Shown here one piece after another: positions 31,004 through 41,434 of a DNA stretch of 64,000 bases. Below the pieces are notes generated by a model. It saw nothing but the letters and a program-made list of their open reading frames with translations. It was not told the DNA's origin and did no database searches. A program made the translations under genes and the position numbers. Location: the NCBI GenBank assembly GCA_000146465.1, contig CP001948.1, one strand, 5' to 3'. How positions within the stretch are numbered: position 1 is the stretch's first letter; every line of letters begins with the position of its first letter.

Positions 31004-31843
31004 TTAATTAGCCATGACCATGGATTGCTCCTTGATCGCAAAGTCGGCTCCGAAGGAAACATGCAGGATATCCTTGAATGAGTTTCGGATGTTGTATGGC
31101 ATACTGGCTTGAGTAATGATTTCGGCACCAAGGCTTATTGCTGCTATGCTGCTTATTGCACTTCTCAAGGATGAGACGATGTCTTCCGTTCCGATGTCGA
31201 TGAGAGATGAATCATAAATCACTCCATCCTCGTAGACCTGGTGCATCACCATCTTGTAACTGAATGGCTTGATGTTGAGCATTCCAAGGAGGTTGGCCTG
31301 TGAAGGCCCCACCTTATCTCCTACAGAAAGAACCTTGTATGGAGAGATGATCTCCACCTTACCCTTTGTGATCTTGGTTGCTATTCCAAGAACCTGGAAG
31401 TATGATGTCTTGTCTGGAGTCATTCCTGTGATGCAGTTTTCCACCCATACGTCTTTCTGTGCAATGTTTCCAACCTTGGCACACGCTTCTCTGACGTTAT
31501 CGTCAATGGCCTTCTTGACATCCCTAACGTCTCCCTTGAAAAACACAAAGCAGACGTCTCCCTTGATGAGCTCAAGGATACTTGACAGCTTGGGATTTTC
31601 AAGACTTGCTACTGCACGCTTGATTGCCGAGTTCTTTCCCATGAGAAATTCAACATCCTCTCCCCAACCCTTCTTGATGTTCTTGAGCTGAGTCGACTCC
31701 ACATTCTCGATTCCCACAAGAGCAAACCTGGTGTAGGTTCCAAAGAGCCTCCTAGCCTTCTCATATACCTGTTCCTTCCTTTCCTTGGAGTCCTTTCTAG
31801 TCATTCCAGGGTGAAAAAATTTCTCTCTTTTGGACTCCGGCAT
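31004..31843 (-). CDS. RPP0: 60S acidic ribosomal protein P0 (uL10)
   Basis: [16 protein letters not shown]...[12 protein letters not shown] and [45 protein letters not shown] match the P0 core. Start taken at the internal [10 protein letters not shown]; the track ORF starts at a non-ATG codon and would overlap the next gene. Confidence 0.8.
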   Translation of the reverse strand: MPESKREKFFHPGMTRKDSKERKEQVYEKARRLFGTYTRFALVGIENVESTQLKNIKKGWGEDVEFLMGKNSAIKRAVASLENPKLSSILELIKGDVCFVFFKGDVRDVKKAIDDNVREACAKVGNIAQKDVWVENCITGMTPDKTSYFQVLGIATKITKGKVEIISPYKVLSVGDKVGPSQANLLGMLNIKPFSYKMVMHQVYEDGVIYDSSLIDIGTEDIVSSLRSAISSIAAISLGAEIITQASMPYNIRNSFKDILHVSFGADFAIKEQSMVMAN

Positions 31844-31964
31844 ACCCAAAGAGCTCTGGCCAGTCTGGTGGAGCCCTATCAAGAGAAGTTCTGATTTGAA
31901 GGTCATTCCAGCCACCCTCTGAATGGACGGGGTGGTCAGAAGGATTTCCAACCGGCTTGGAACA

Positions 31965-34900
31965 ATGCCAAAGGAAACAACAGAAATGATTTCCCAAGCA
32001 CTCAAGGATCCATCCTATCAGGAGAGACTGGTTGAGATTCTTGGATATGAGATGATGGAGGAAGTGGAGATGATTTGTGCAAACAAAGAGTACTTTGTTT
32101 CTCAGGAAGAGGTAGAGGACCACGGCTTTTATGTGGAGTACAACTTTCCAGAGTCCATTCCCATAGAGGTTGACTGTTCAGAGATTGTTAGTACAGATGT
32201 GATGGGGGGATACAAGAAGTACTTCGACTACAAGAAGTTCAACGGGGTCCAGTCAAAGGTGTTTAACTCGGCATACCAGAGCGATGGAAACATGCTGGTC
32301 TGTGCACCAACAAGCTCTGGAAAGACAGATATTGCATTTCTATGTGTTCTCCGGGCACTTGGTAAGGGAGACAAGGTTGTTTATGTCGTTCCGATGAGGG
32401 CATTAGCAACAGAAATAGCATCGAAGTACAGAAAGAAGCTTGGAGAGCAAAGGGTTGTGGAGTACACTGGAGACACAGAGATAAAGACAGAAGATGTGGC
32501 AAGGTGCGATGTCATAGTGTCAACACCGGAGAAATTTGATGTTGCAACACGAAGACAATGCAATGTATTCCAGAGCCGTGTTGGGCTTGTTATACTTGAC
32601 GAGGTTCACATGCTCCAGGACGAGAGGGGGCCTGTTTTAGAAGCGATTGTATGCAGAGTGCTTAGGTATGTAGAGCTCCGCCAAAGACCCATACGTGTTG
32701 TGGGGCTTTCTGCCACACTCCCTAACTATGAGGATGTGGGAAGGTTCCTCAGGGCCGAGCATGTGTTCAGCTTTGACCAAGGATATAGACCTGTTCCACT
32801 GAAGATGCAAGTTGTTGGAATGAAGAAGAGGAGCAAGCTCCAGCTCGAGGATGAGTTTCTAAAAAAGAAGGTGGAGAGATATCTGAGTGATGGAAAGCAA
32901 GTTCTGGTGTTTGTGCATTCCAGGGGAGAAACTTCTAGGACAGCAAAGCTTTTGAGTGATGATGGAGAAAGAAGAGATGTAAAGGGAGGAGTAGTGGGAG
33001 GAATACTTTTGGAACTGGCTCGAAGGGGGGTTGGGATACACCATGCTGGACTTCCTCGGAAGATAAGACTGTATATGGAAGATGAATTCAAGGCAGGGAG
33101 GCTAAGGATATTGGTTACGACATCAACCCTGGCATGGGGAGTCAATCTTCCGGCATATGCAGTGGTGATCAAAGGAACCAGATTTTATGACTCTTCTCAG
33201 GGAGGATTTAGGGATGTAGGCATTCTGGATGTATTACAAATATTTGGAAGGGCTGGGAGGCCTCAATTTGATTCCAGGGGAGAGGGATGTCTGATAACGA
33301 CAGGGGACAAGATGGACCATTATGTGTCTCTCCTCAAGAACAGCAGGGATGTGGAGAGCAGGCTGCTTCGACATGTTGCAGATATCATGAACGCAGAGAT
33401 ATACCTGAACACGATTGAGGATGTCAACACGGCTGTGGAATGGCTAAGAAGTACTTTTATGTATGTCAGGATGTCCAAAAATCCTATGTGTTACGGATTG
33501 AGTAAAGAAGATTTGTATGATGAATACAAGGCCCTGTCGGATTATGCTATTCTTACATGTAGAAGGCTAGAGGAGTGCTCGATGATAAGAATACATAGAA
33601 AAAGGATTGGAGACTTTCAAACATGGAGATTCTGTAGCACGGAGTATGGGAGGATTGCCAGCATGTATTATCTATCTCATGAAACCATGGAGAGGTGGCT
33701 GAGGGAAATAGAAGATATATATGACGAAGACTCCATACTTAGGCTTTGCTTTGAAGATAGGGAGCTTTCGGTGCTGGGATGTAGGGAAGAAGACGAAGAA
33801 AGTATCAAGGAGCTTTGTATGGAGGTTGGAGTTAAATACGAGGTGTCGATAGGATGTAAGCTGATGGTTCTTGTGAAAGCACATATCAAAAGACTCCCAA
33901 TCCAAAGGTTTTCACTTGCATGTGACAGTGAGTATGTTGTCAAGAATCTCCGGAGGATTCTGATGGGGCTATGCCAGATCCTGATATTCCAATGCAAGCA
34001 TCTATTTGTTGCAAAATGTTGCATACTATTGAAAAGAATAGAAAGGCAAAAGGAAAAGCCTTGGGATGCCAACAACAGAGTCGAAGTAGATCTTTTCCGA
34101 GTTCTTGGAATGGTTAGAATGGAAGTTTCCCTGAAGATGAAAGGGGAATATTGGATATTTGTATGGGATGGAGACTCTGCCATCTACTCGGGTCTCTTTG
34201 CACATCGAGCAAATTTATTCATCAAAACAAAGTGTGATGTGTTGAGGATTGAGATTGTTGCACGAGATGAATGGGCAAGAACAGAGGAGAGATGCTGGGT
34301 TAGCCGAGACACAAGTACAAGATCATTGTACCATAACGGTGTCCATGAGTGTGATCAAGGATGGTCTTTGGTAGGAGAGAAGCAAAGCTGTTCCCATTTC
34401 TGTGTGATAAAGTCGCTTTCGGATCTTTCCGATATGATGGATGGATGGAGATTGGACGGAATCTCCGAGCCTGGAAGATTGATTATGACAAACAGAAGGA
34501 TTAATTTTTCGAGTATGAGGAAGGGAGACATAAGCATAAAAGGGTGGGATAAGAGAGATCTAAGGGATGCTCCTGGTGTGAGTGTGGGCTACTTAATGCC
34601 CGAGGTTCCGCCGAGATATGTTAAGTATATTTTGTGTGATTTTTCTCTTCGGATAAAATTTGTGCAAATCGACTGCATGCTGTTCAGGGAGAGGCTTCAG
34701 CTCATGAGCTCCTGTATCACATTCATGGATAACTACGAAAGCAAGAAAGTTGTCATAGTGGCACCAGACACAAGTGACATGGAAAGAACAGCACAAGACC
34801 TCGAGACTAGAATGACTCTGAAGAGTTTGTCTTGTGGAAAATGTGATGTGAAAGTAAGGCGTGGAAGACCTATGGCAGGAGACACAGGGATATTTGTAAC

Positions 34901-35090
34901 TGCATTTGATAGGAGGTTGGAGATACAAAAGGATTTCACGGTGATTTTCAAGGGATGTTCCAATTCCAATGGATATTTTCCTATATTTGAGGTTTTGAGG
35001 ATATGCGACTCGAGAGAGGCGCTTATATATGAAGGAAGGGACTATATAGAGTATTTTAATAGCTGTGTACTGAACGGGGATGAAGAATGA
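31965..35090 (+). CDS. DExH-box helicase with a Sec63 domain (Brr2/Slh1/Mer3 family, single cassette)
   Basis: Motif [13 protein letters not shown], motif II DEVH, motif VI HHAGL, plus a winged-helix and Sec63-like C-terminal region. Start moved to an internal ATG to remove the overlap with P0. Confidence 0.7.
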   Translation: MPKETTEMISQALKDPSYQERLVEILGYEMMEEVEMICANKEYFVSQEEVEDHGFYVEYNFPESIPIEVDCSEIVSTDVMGGYKKYFDYKKFNGVQSKVFNSAYQSDGNMLVCAPTSSGKTDIAFLCVLRALGKGDKVVYVVPMRALATEIASKYRKKLGEQRVVEYTGDTEIKTEDVARCDVIVSTPEKFDVATRRQCNVFQSRVGLVILDEVHMLQDERGPVLEAIVCRVLRYVELRQRPIRVVGLSATLPNYEDVGRFLRAEHVFSFDQGYRPVPLKMQVVGMKKRSKLQLEDEFLKKKVERYLSDGKQVLVFVHSRGETSRTAKLLSDDGERRDVKGGVVGGILLELARRGVGIHHAGLPRKIRLYMEDEFKAGRLRILVTTSTLAWGVNLPAYAVVIKGTRFYDSSQGGFRDVGILDVLQIFGRAGRPQFDSRGEGCLITTGDKMDHYVSLLKNSRDVESRLLRHVADIMNAEIYLNTIEDVNTAVEWLRSTFMYVRMSKNPMCYGLSKEDLYDEYKALSDYAILTCRRLEECSMIRIHRKRIGDFQTWRFCSTEYGRIASMYYLSHETMERWLREIEDIYDEDSILRLCFEDRELSVLGCREEDEESIKELCMEVGVKYEVSIGCKLMVLVKAHIKRLPIQRFSLACDSEYVVKNLRRILMGLCQILIFQCKHLFVAKCCILLKRIERQKEKPWDANNRVEVDLFRVLGMVRMEVSLKMKGEYWIFVWDGDSAIYSGLFAHRANLFIKTKCDVLRIEIVARDEWARTEERCWVSRDTSTRSLYHNGVHECDQGWSLVGEKQSCSHFCVIKSLSDLSDMMDGWRLDGISEPGRLIMTNRRINFSSMRKGDISIKGWDKRDLRDAPGVSVGYLMPEVPPRYVKYILCDFSLRIKFVQIDCMLFRERLQLMSSCITFMDNYESKKVVIVAPDTSDMERTAQDLETRMTLKSLSCGKCDVKVRRGRPMAGDTGIFVTAFDRRLEIQKDFTVIFKGCSNSNGYFPIFEVLRICDSREALIYEGRDYIEYFNSCVLNGDEE

Positions 35091-35136
35091 AAATTAAAAG
35101 CGATGTTTAATTATCGGGATGTATAGGTGTGAAGAT

Positions 35137-35553
35137 TTATAGCACAAAGGTGAGTGCCAGGGATATGTCATCTTTGTCTCCAAGACCTCTGGTAACCTCC
35201 TCTGGAGCATCTATTATAAGAAGAAGGCCGCCAAGGGAAACCCTCACAATGGTCCTGGGCCCTTTTCTTTCAAGGGAATAGACCCTTCCATAGGCTAGAT
35301 AGAAGCAATCTATGTTCTCATGGATTCCTCGAAAAATACGCACCTCGACAGCATGTCCTACCTGAAGCCTGCACAAAGTGGTGTTGTAATCAAGAGAAAT
35401 GGAAATTTTGGGGGATTCCATGTACAGCCTCGAGACTTTTGTGTAGAGCTTTCCTTCTTTGTCGATGTCAACGACTTTGAAGCTGTCGGCCAAGATCTGC
35501 ATCATGGGTGCAAAAATTTGAATGTTGAAATGCCCTGTGATGGAAGGAAACAA
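35137..35553 (-). CDS. RPB8: RNA polymerase I/II/III common subunit Rpb8 (RPABC3)
   Basis: OB-fold protein with C-terminal YLAYGRVYSLE...VSLGGLLLIIDAPEE matching the Rpb8 motif YVMYGKVY...SFGGLLMRL. Confidence 0.65.
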   Translation of the reverse strand: MFPSITGHFNIQIFAPMMQILADSFKVVDIDKEGKLYTKVSRLYMESPKISISLDYNTTLCRLQVGHAVEVRIFRGIHENIDCFYLAYGRVYSLERKGPRTIVRVSLGGLLLIIDAPEEVTRGLGDKDDISLALTFVL

Positions 35554-35863
35554 GGGCAGAGAAGAGGAAGGAAAGGAGCTTTTTGATGAGGAGTGTTCCT
35601 CCGAGTTTCTTCCAATCGACTTCTATGATAAGAGCCGGAGGCCTAGGGACGACCAAGGGATTGAGTTTGTAGTTACCAAGAATGGTTTTCCTGAAGGAAC
35701 AAGGGGGGTGTGTTTTGAAGGAGTTGTGGATGGCCTTGAGTTTGAGAATCGGAAAATGGAGGCGGAGATTGAAGGGCTGAGCAAGAAGGAGAGAAGAATA
35801 GAAAAGGAAAATGCAGCTCTGAAGGATGTCCTATTGGGGCTTTTGTCAAAGCTTTCTTCTTGA
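35540..35863 (+). CDS. Small coiled-coil protein, doubtful
   Basis: 113-aa ORF in the Rpb8/cullin divergent gap. Its C-terminal heptad leucines are bZIP-like but not canonical, and it overlaps the Rpb8 start. Confidence 0.2.
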   Translation: MEGNKGREEEGKELFDEECSSEFLPIDFYDKSRRPRDDQGIEFVVTKNGFPEGTRGVCFEGVVDGLEFENRKMEAEIEGLSKKERRIEKENAALKDVLLGLLSKLSS

Positions 35864-35915
35864 CAGATGTTTGTTTTACCTTTATAATGAGCTTTGAGCA
35901 TAAACAAACCGTAGG

Positions 35916-38141
35916 ATGGACATAGGAAGAAAGCCACTGAGCGACGAGGATTTTGGAAGTGCGTGGAAGTCTATAGAGAAGGAACTTCGGAAGCTTTCCT
36001 CGGGGGGCTTGTGCAGTGGGCTTGAGATTTATAACAACATATACACGGTGTGTACGTCGTCTACACCCAGGCTTGAAAACAAGCTGTATTGGAAGATAGG
36101 AGATTTTGTGTATATGAGAGCACGGGAAATAAGAAAGGAGGTGTTTGAGGCAAAGGACTGGATTAAGGAGTACAACGAGGGGTTTAGGAAGTTTAGGCAG
36201 ATGGTCTTTGCAATTGACGAGCTATGCGACTTCTTGAACGAGTGTGTGAAGGGCCGGACGATGCGGGATCTAGGATTTCTCTTATGGGAGAGATGTGTGC
36301 TGCAGCAGACGATGAAGTACAAGCACACAACGCTTGGGTTCGAGCTTGTGAACCAGGAGAGGATTGAAGTGATCAAGGATGCAATTGAGTCGTTTCGGCT
36401 GATTGTTCCCGACCTGAAGAAGCCGATGCTTTACTATACACAGAGGTATGAGCAGTTTGCCCTACAGAAGATTGGAAGCAAGTACCAGGAGGAAATAAGA
36501 TCCATGTGTGGGGAAGTTGAGAAGTACTCGTTCTATGTAAGAGAAAAGATTTGGTATGAGAAGAGCATCCGGGAAAAAATATTTCTTGAAGAGTCTTGGG
36601 AGAAGATGGAGGAGATACTTGAAGAGGTGTTTATCTTGAACAAAAGAGAGTATCTCTTTGCAGAAATATACAAGATAATGTCGATGCACAGACTTCCTGT
36701 GGAGATTCTTGACAAGATCTCCAAAGAGATGGAGCATGACAAGCATCGAGAGGTTGGAGGATATCGAACAAACGATTTCTATGAGTTGCAGAATGATGAC
36801 GAGCCTAAGGTCAAGCATAGCGATGTCTTTCTGGAAAGGATGTCTGTCCTTTACAGGAACCTGTCCGGGCTGAAGTCAGCATGCGAAATATTCCGAGAGG
36901 TGTTTACCCGATATGTACGGGAAGAGAGTGAAAGGCATGTGGATGTGTACAGCAAGGGTATTGAGACGCTGTATATCTTTCACTGCATGCTTAGGCATGT
37001 TGTGGATGTCGGGTTTTTGGGGGACCATGAATATTTCAAGATACTGAAGAGAGAGTTTTCCACAAGCTGTATGAAACTGAGGCCATCTCTGGAAGCAAGA
37101 CTGCTTGAGTTTTCGGATTGGATTGTTGGGGAGAACAGCAATGTATTCAGGTTTCTTGACAGAGAATTTGAAAAAAACACTGGGGGAAGCCACCTGGATC
37201 TTCCTTTTCTGGGGCCTGGGAAGGTGAAAGAGGAAGGATTGGAGCTTGGAAGGAGGTTTGAAGGGAAGAATGAATTTTTGCGGCAGGTGTTTGGAACACT
37301 GTACAAGATGATAGAGAACAAGCATGTGTTCTACGAGATGTATCTTTCAGGGCTCGGAAGGAGGCTACTGGAAAAAGGCCCGAATCTTTATGAGGAGAAG
37401 AAGTTGATTTCCCTAATGAAACGAAAGGGGAACCAGGACTTTATAAAGAAGGCTGAGACGATGGTTGCAGATATAAACATCTCCCTGAGCTACAACAAGG
37501 ATACTGACCGATTTGTGTGGGTTCTGACACAAGCATATTGGCCACAGCAGGCAGAAGCCCCGCTGATCCGGATTCCAGAGTCTCTTGAAATGATAAAGAG
37601 GGTATATGATTCGAAGTTCAACAAAAAGAAGTTGTGCTGGGCATGGAATCTAGGAAGTGTGTGTGTGGAGATCTATGGAGTCGAGATCCAAATGAATGTT
37701 CTCCAGTACTCTGTGATTGATCTGTTCAACAGACATGAGCAGGTGGATTTCGAAAAGGCATTGAGTGCCACGAAGATGGGGACAAAGGTTATCGGGGATG
37801 TTCTTAAATCCTTAGTTGATAGTGGCCTCCTTGTCTGTGCCGAGGGTTGGTACAGAATAGGAGATATATTTGGTATCGAAAAGGATATCCGTGGCTTTTA
37901 CTGCAGCGAAAGTGTTTCCATGGTGCATGAGATAGACAAGAATTCGTACTACCAATCACTTGCATCGCGAATACTAAAGAGGAGGAAGAGGATGTGCATG
38001 GATGACATAGTAAAGGAAACTCAAGCGGAGCATACCGAGAGATTTGGATACGACGAAGTAATCTTCTCCGAAGCCATAAGAATTCTTGGGGATAAAGGAA
38101 TCATAGAGGAGGTGGAGGATGCATATGTCTATCTCCCCTAG
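35916..38141 (+). CDS. CUL: Cullin
   Basis: Cullin-repeat helical N-terminus, cullin homology domain and a C-terminal neddylation/winged-helix region (ASRILKRRKRMCMDDIVKE ~ IVRIMKxRK). Length 741 aa. Confidence 0.85.
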   Translation: MDIGRKPLSDEDFGSAWKSIEKELRKLSSGGLCSGLEIYNNIYTVCTSSTPRLENKLYWKIGDFVYMRAREIRKEVFEAKDWIKEYNEGFRKFRQMVFAIDELCDFLNECVKGRTMRDLGFLLWERCVLQQTMKYKHTTLGFELVNQERIEVIKDAIESFRLIVPDLKKPMLYYTQRYEQFALQKIGSKYQEEIRSMCGEVEKYSFYVREKIWYEKSIREKIFLEESWEKMEEILEEVFILNKREYLFAEIYKIMSMHRLPVEILDKISKEMEHDKHREVGGYRTNDFYELQNDDEPKVKHSDVFLERMSVLYRNLSGLKSACEIFREVFTRYVREESERHVDVYSKGIETLYIFHCMLRHVVDVGFLGDHEYFKILKREFSTSCMKLRPSLEARLLEFSDWIVGENSNVFRFLDREFEKNTGGSHLDLPFLGPGKVKEEGLELGRRFEGKNEFLRQVFGTLYKMIENKHVFYEMYLSGLGRRLLEKGPNLYEEKKLISLMKRKGNQDFIKKAETMVADINISLSYNKDTDRFVWVLTQAYWPQQAEAPLIRIPESLEMIKRVYDSKFNKKKLCWAWNLGSVCVEIYGVEIQMNVLQYSVIDLFNRHEQVDFEKALSATKMGTKVIGDVLKSLVDSGLLVCAEGWYRIGDIFGIEKDIRGFYCSESVSMVHEIDKNSYYQSLASRILKRRKRMCMDDIVKETQAEHTERFGYDEVIFSEAIRILGDKGIIEEVEDAYVYLP

Positions 38142-38351
38142 GGGGTAGGCCTTTGATATGTATACTTACAAAGAAGATCTTTTGGCCCATGGCAGAGCTG
38201 TCGGAAGAAAAAAGAAGGATGTATTTGGAGCAAATAGAGGAGCTTGAAAAGACACTTGAGAAGGAGAAAGATAGTCTTAGAAAGACTATAGAATCTCAAG
38301 ACTCCAAACAATAAAAGATTTATTTTCTATATCAAGAGATCTTTGGCAACT

Positions 38352-38597
38352 TCAAGGAAATGCAGGCTCCTTTCCACCCAGCAAGTTCCTGGCCTCGTTG
38401 ATCTTTGACGCTATGTATGGGCTTCCTCCCCTATCTGGATGGTTGATCTTCATCATCTGTATATATCTCTCTGCCACACTTTCCCTACGACCCTCGATGG
38501 ATAGGATCTTTCTTGCCTCGTTGAGATCCATCACAGGCTTGAATCCTTTTGGATGGCTTGGGACGAACGGAAGATAGTCTACAAGTCTCCGAAGCAT
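38352..38597 (-). CDS. PAM18: J-domain protein, Pam18/Tim14-like (mitosomal import motor)
   Basis: EARKILSIEG...RYIQMMKINHPDRGGSPYIASKINEARNLL matches the Tim14/DNAJC19 J domain (HPDKGGSP...KINEAK). No TM segment falls within the ORF. Confidence 0.5.
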   Translation of the reverse strand: MLRRLVDYLPFVPSHPKGFKPVMDLNEARKILSIEGRRESVAERYIQMMKINHPDRGGSPYIASKINEARNLLGGKEPAFP

Positions 38598-38630
38598 GGG
38601 GACCCCATAAGGCCAAATTTTTGACTCCCC

Positions 38631-39218
38631 ATGGACATTCAGAAAATAGTTGATGCCATTAGATCTAACGACATAGATGCAAACAGAGCTGCTATCGAAA
38701 GCATCTATGCCAACTGCAGCCAGCTAGACGACAAGGACATTATAGAAATAACTCCGTCTGTGATCTACTACCTGTGGAAGCTTCCGAAGTTCACGGCTCA
38801 GAAGCAGTTTGTTCTGGAACTTTTGTCCCATGCCGACCAAAGGTTGCGCTACAGCCTGTTCATGTATCTCATCGATCACTGGAGTAGCATCCAGCTGGTA
38901 AGAATGGACAAATTCTACTATCTTGTCAAGAGGATTCTGGAATATTATGTACTGGATGTGGAAACAGTCTCTTCCTTGTTCAATATATCCACGAGCATGG
39001 ATCTTAGAACATTTATAATTCGATGTGTTGTGGACAGACTTAAAGAAACCACCGAGGACATGGAGCATTTCTTGGCTGGGTTTGCTTCCACGTGCCCTCC
39101 GGCATTGCTGCTTCCTCTCGAATCCCTAAGGCTCCGGAAGGAGGTTGCCCTGGAATATGCAGGGAATAAGGACATCGGAAAGAAGAACAGAGCTGCATTA
39201 TACTCCATGATCAAATAA
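38631..39218 (+). CDS. Hypothetical helical protein, 195 aa
   Basis: ORF with no recognised motif. Confidence 0.35.
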   Translation: MDIQKIVDAIRSNDIDANRAAIESIYANCSQLDDKDIIEITPSVIYYLWKLPKFTAQKQFVLELLSHADQRLRYSLFMYLIDHWSSIQLVRMDKFYYLVKRILEYYVLDVETVSSLFNISTSMDLRTFIIRCVVDRLKETTEDMEHFLAGFASTCPPALLLPLESLRLRKEVALEYAGNKDIGKKNRAALYSMIK

Positions 39219-39241
39219 AAGATATTTCCACTAACTCAGCT

Positions 39242-39883
39242 CTAGCTCTCATGCTTCACAAAGCTGAACTTGCTTTTGCACTTCTTGCAGACAGGAACAA
39301 ACCTGCAGAACACAGAGAGACATATTGGACATACAAGCCCCAGCAGAACTTGCTTGTTATGGCAATAGCAGGTTGCAGGGAATCCCAGAGGCTTTGAATC
39401 TCCTTTTGTTCCAAGGAGAGAGAGTAGAAATCTCAAACATCCGTCTTCAGATGTTGAATAACCGCCGCCCGTTGCAGCACAACATTGGAGAATCGTCTTG
39501 TTTTCAAACAGCGAGAATGCACTTATTCTTACTCCAAACCTCTGTGCAGCAAACATGCATTTCAGATATCTCAGATACTCGTCGTTCCGCTCCTTCTCAA
39601 GTGTAAATATTACGATTTGGGATTCCCCGAGTCTGTGGAGACACAATGCATATCCGAGATCCCCCACGTCATAGCTGGACTGGTGTTGAGTTATCCTGTA
39701 TATTTCCTCGATGCTACTTTCCAAGGAGTCGAAGAGGATCTTCTTCCCACTTACGACGACAATTCGATTGTTTCGGCTTGACTTGTGATATGCATTCAAA
39801 AAGACAACAACGTCATTGAAGAGGTCTCTCCCCGTCATCTCCCAATTCTCTTTCTTCAGGTCGATTAGAAGGAAAAGAATCAT
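39242..39883 (-). CDS. TFB4: TFIIH subunit Tfb4/p34
   Basis: vWA-like N-terminus with LFNDVVVFLNAYH ~ yeast Tfb4 VLEALIVFLNAHL, and a C-terminal zinc finger CYCHNKQVLLGLVCPICLSVFC...CKKC. The track's N-terminal extension is translation through the tRNA, so the start is moved to an internal ATG. Confidence 0.6.
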   Translation of the reverse strand: MILFLLIDLKKENWEMTGRDLFNDVVVFLNAYHKSSRNNRIVVVSGKKILFDSLESSIEEIYRITQHQSSYDVGDLGYALCLHRLGESQIVIFTLEKERNDEYLRYLKCMFAAQRFGVRISAFSLFENKTILQCCAATGGGYSTSEDGCLRFLLSLLGTKGDSKPLGFPATCYCHNKQVLLGLVCPICLSVFCRFVPVCKKCKSKFSFVKHES

Positions 39884-39928
39884 GAGGGATTGGCAAGGAC
39901 AGATCTTGTGTTCTGTGGAGCAAAAAGA

Positions 39929-40009
39929 TGTCAGAAACGGGATTCGAACCCGTGCCTCAATGAGAATACGACCTGAACGTATCGCCTTAGACCACTCGGC
40001 CATCCTGAC
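39929..40009 (-). tRNA. tRNA-Leu, anticodon CAG, class II with a long variable arm
   Basis: Reverse complement reads GTCAGGA-T-GGCCGAGTGGTctAAGGCG-ATACG-TTCAGGT-CGTAT-variable-ACGGG-TTCGAAT-CCCGT-TTCTGAC-A. It has a 7-bp acceptor stem with one G-U pair, a D-loop of the Leu/Ser type, an anticodon loop TTCAGGT giving CAG, a T-loop GTTCGAATC, and no encoded CCA. Coordinates +/-2 nt. Confidence 0.8.
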
Positions 40010-40013
40010 TTAT

Positions 40014-41324
40014 ATGTCCCCCAGGGGAGGGTATCGCCAATTCCTTGCCCCATGCTCCAGACAAACATATATTCGCCAAGGGGATGTCCTCTATTATCTA
40101 ATGGACGGGTGCAGTCATCCCGTAAGACTGGGCACATTGTGCGGGGTATGTGGAATCGAAATCCCTGAAGATTCACACCTCTTCTGTGCACTCTATAACA
40201 CAGACAATGTTAAGATAACGCACAAAGAGGCTGTCTCAATATATAAAGAAAAAATGAAAACTTTAGAGACACAGATGAAGCTGATTCTGGTTCTTGATCT
40301 TGACCAGACAATTCTTCATACAACATACGGGGAATCCAGGATCCATGGAACTGTGAGATTTATAATGGATGGGAGCAAGTACTGTGTGAAACTAAGACCA
40401 AACCTTGATCATATGCTTCGGAAAATTTCCAGGCTGTATGAGATTCATGTGTATACCATGGGAACAAGAGCATATGCAGAGAGAATAGTTGGGATTGTTG
40501 ATCCTTCTGGAAAATACTTTCAGGACAGAATCATTACAAGGGACGAGAATGAAGGGGTTTTGGTGAAGAGGCTGAGCAGGCTCTTTCCACATAACCACAA
40601 AAACATAGTAATCCTTGATGACAGGCCTGATGTATGGGACTACAGTGAAAATCTGCTTCTTGTTCGGCCGTTTTGGTATTTCAACCGTACGGACATCAAT
40701 GATCCATTGAGGCTGAAGAGAAAGATAGAGGAAGAGGGAAGAACATCTAGGGACTTGGAAGGGTTTGTGGACAAGAAAAAAAGAGTTGAGGAAATTGAGG
40801 ATCCGGAGATTGTCTCGAAGCTGGATGATATAGTGCTTGAATGCTCTTCTGGATCCAAGGAGCCAAGGAAAGATATCGAAAGCACGGAAGAAAAAGAAGT
40901 AAGCAGATGCTTGGAGGATTGCGAGCTGTTAAGAGTGACAAAGGTGTTGAGGAGGATTCACAAGAAGTACTTTTCAAGCAGCCACAGAAACGTAAAGAAG
41001 ATTCTGAGGAACATCCGAAAAAAGATTTTCGGTGGAGATCGGTTTCTTGTTCCACCTGCCCCAAATAGGATGTGGCTTGTAAAAACAATCGAAATGAACG
41101 GAGGGACAGTAAGTTCTCTGGAGAACGAGGTTGACTTTATAATTTCTTCTAGCAAGGAGGAGGTCAAGGCCCTGGCACAGAAGCTTGAGTGTCTTGTTGT
41201 ATCTCCAAAGTGGATAGCCGATTGTGTGTATTCCCTGAGGCGAGTAAGGCACGGAAGGTACATTGTGTGCGACTATAGGCCCAAGGATGAATACGAAGAA
41301 GAGCTTGAAAGGCTCTTTTCGTGA
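40014..41324 (+). CDS. FCP1: RNA polymerase II CTD phosphatase FCP1
   Basis: N-terminal CSHPVRLGTLCGVCG motif, as in human CTDP1 (CSHPTVMKGLCAECG). FCP homology domain LVLDLDQTILHTT (DxDxT), and a C-terminal BRCT-like region. Start taken at the first ATG after the tRNA. Confidence 0.75.
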   Translation: MSPRGGYRQFLAPCSRQTYIRQGDVLYYLMDGCSHPVRLGTLCGVCGIEIPEDSHLFCALYNTDNVKITHKEAVSIYKEKMKTLETQMKLILVLDLDQTILHTTYGESRIHGTVRFIMDGSKYCVKLRPNLDHMLRKISRLYEIHVYTMGTRAYAERIVGIVDPSGKYFQDRIITRDENEGVLVKRLSRLFPHNHKNIVILDDRPDVWDYSENLLLVRPFWYFNRTDINDPLRLKRKIEEEGRTSRDLEGFVDKKKRVEEIEDPEIVSKLDDIVLECSSGSKEPRKDIESTEEKEVSRCLEDCELLRVTKVLRRIHKKYFSSSHRNVKKILRNIRKKIFGGDRFLVPPAPNRMWLVKTIEMNGGTVSSLENEVDFIISSSKEEVKALAQKLECLVVSPKWIADCVYSLRRVRHGRYIVCDYRPKDEYEEELERLFS

Positions 41325-41434
41325 TGGAGGCTGTTTGTTATTAAGTGGCGGGATAAATTTGAAGCCTTGCTAACAATCTTTATATTTGTTACCCATAAGT
41401 TTGTTTTGAGTTTATCACATTTGAAATAAAACCC

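Noticed and set aside
39884-40003. N-terminal extension of the Tfb4 ORF (MAEWSKAIRSG...)
   Set aside because: It is a translation through the tRNA-Leu gene. The Tfb4 homology begins only after the internal ATG.
39816-40013. N-terminal 66 residues of the FCP1 ORF starting at 39816
   Set aside because: It begins at a non-ATG codon and reads through the tRNA on the opposite strand. FCP1 homology (CSHPV...) starts after the ATG at ~40014.
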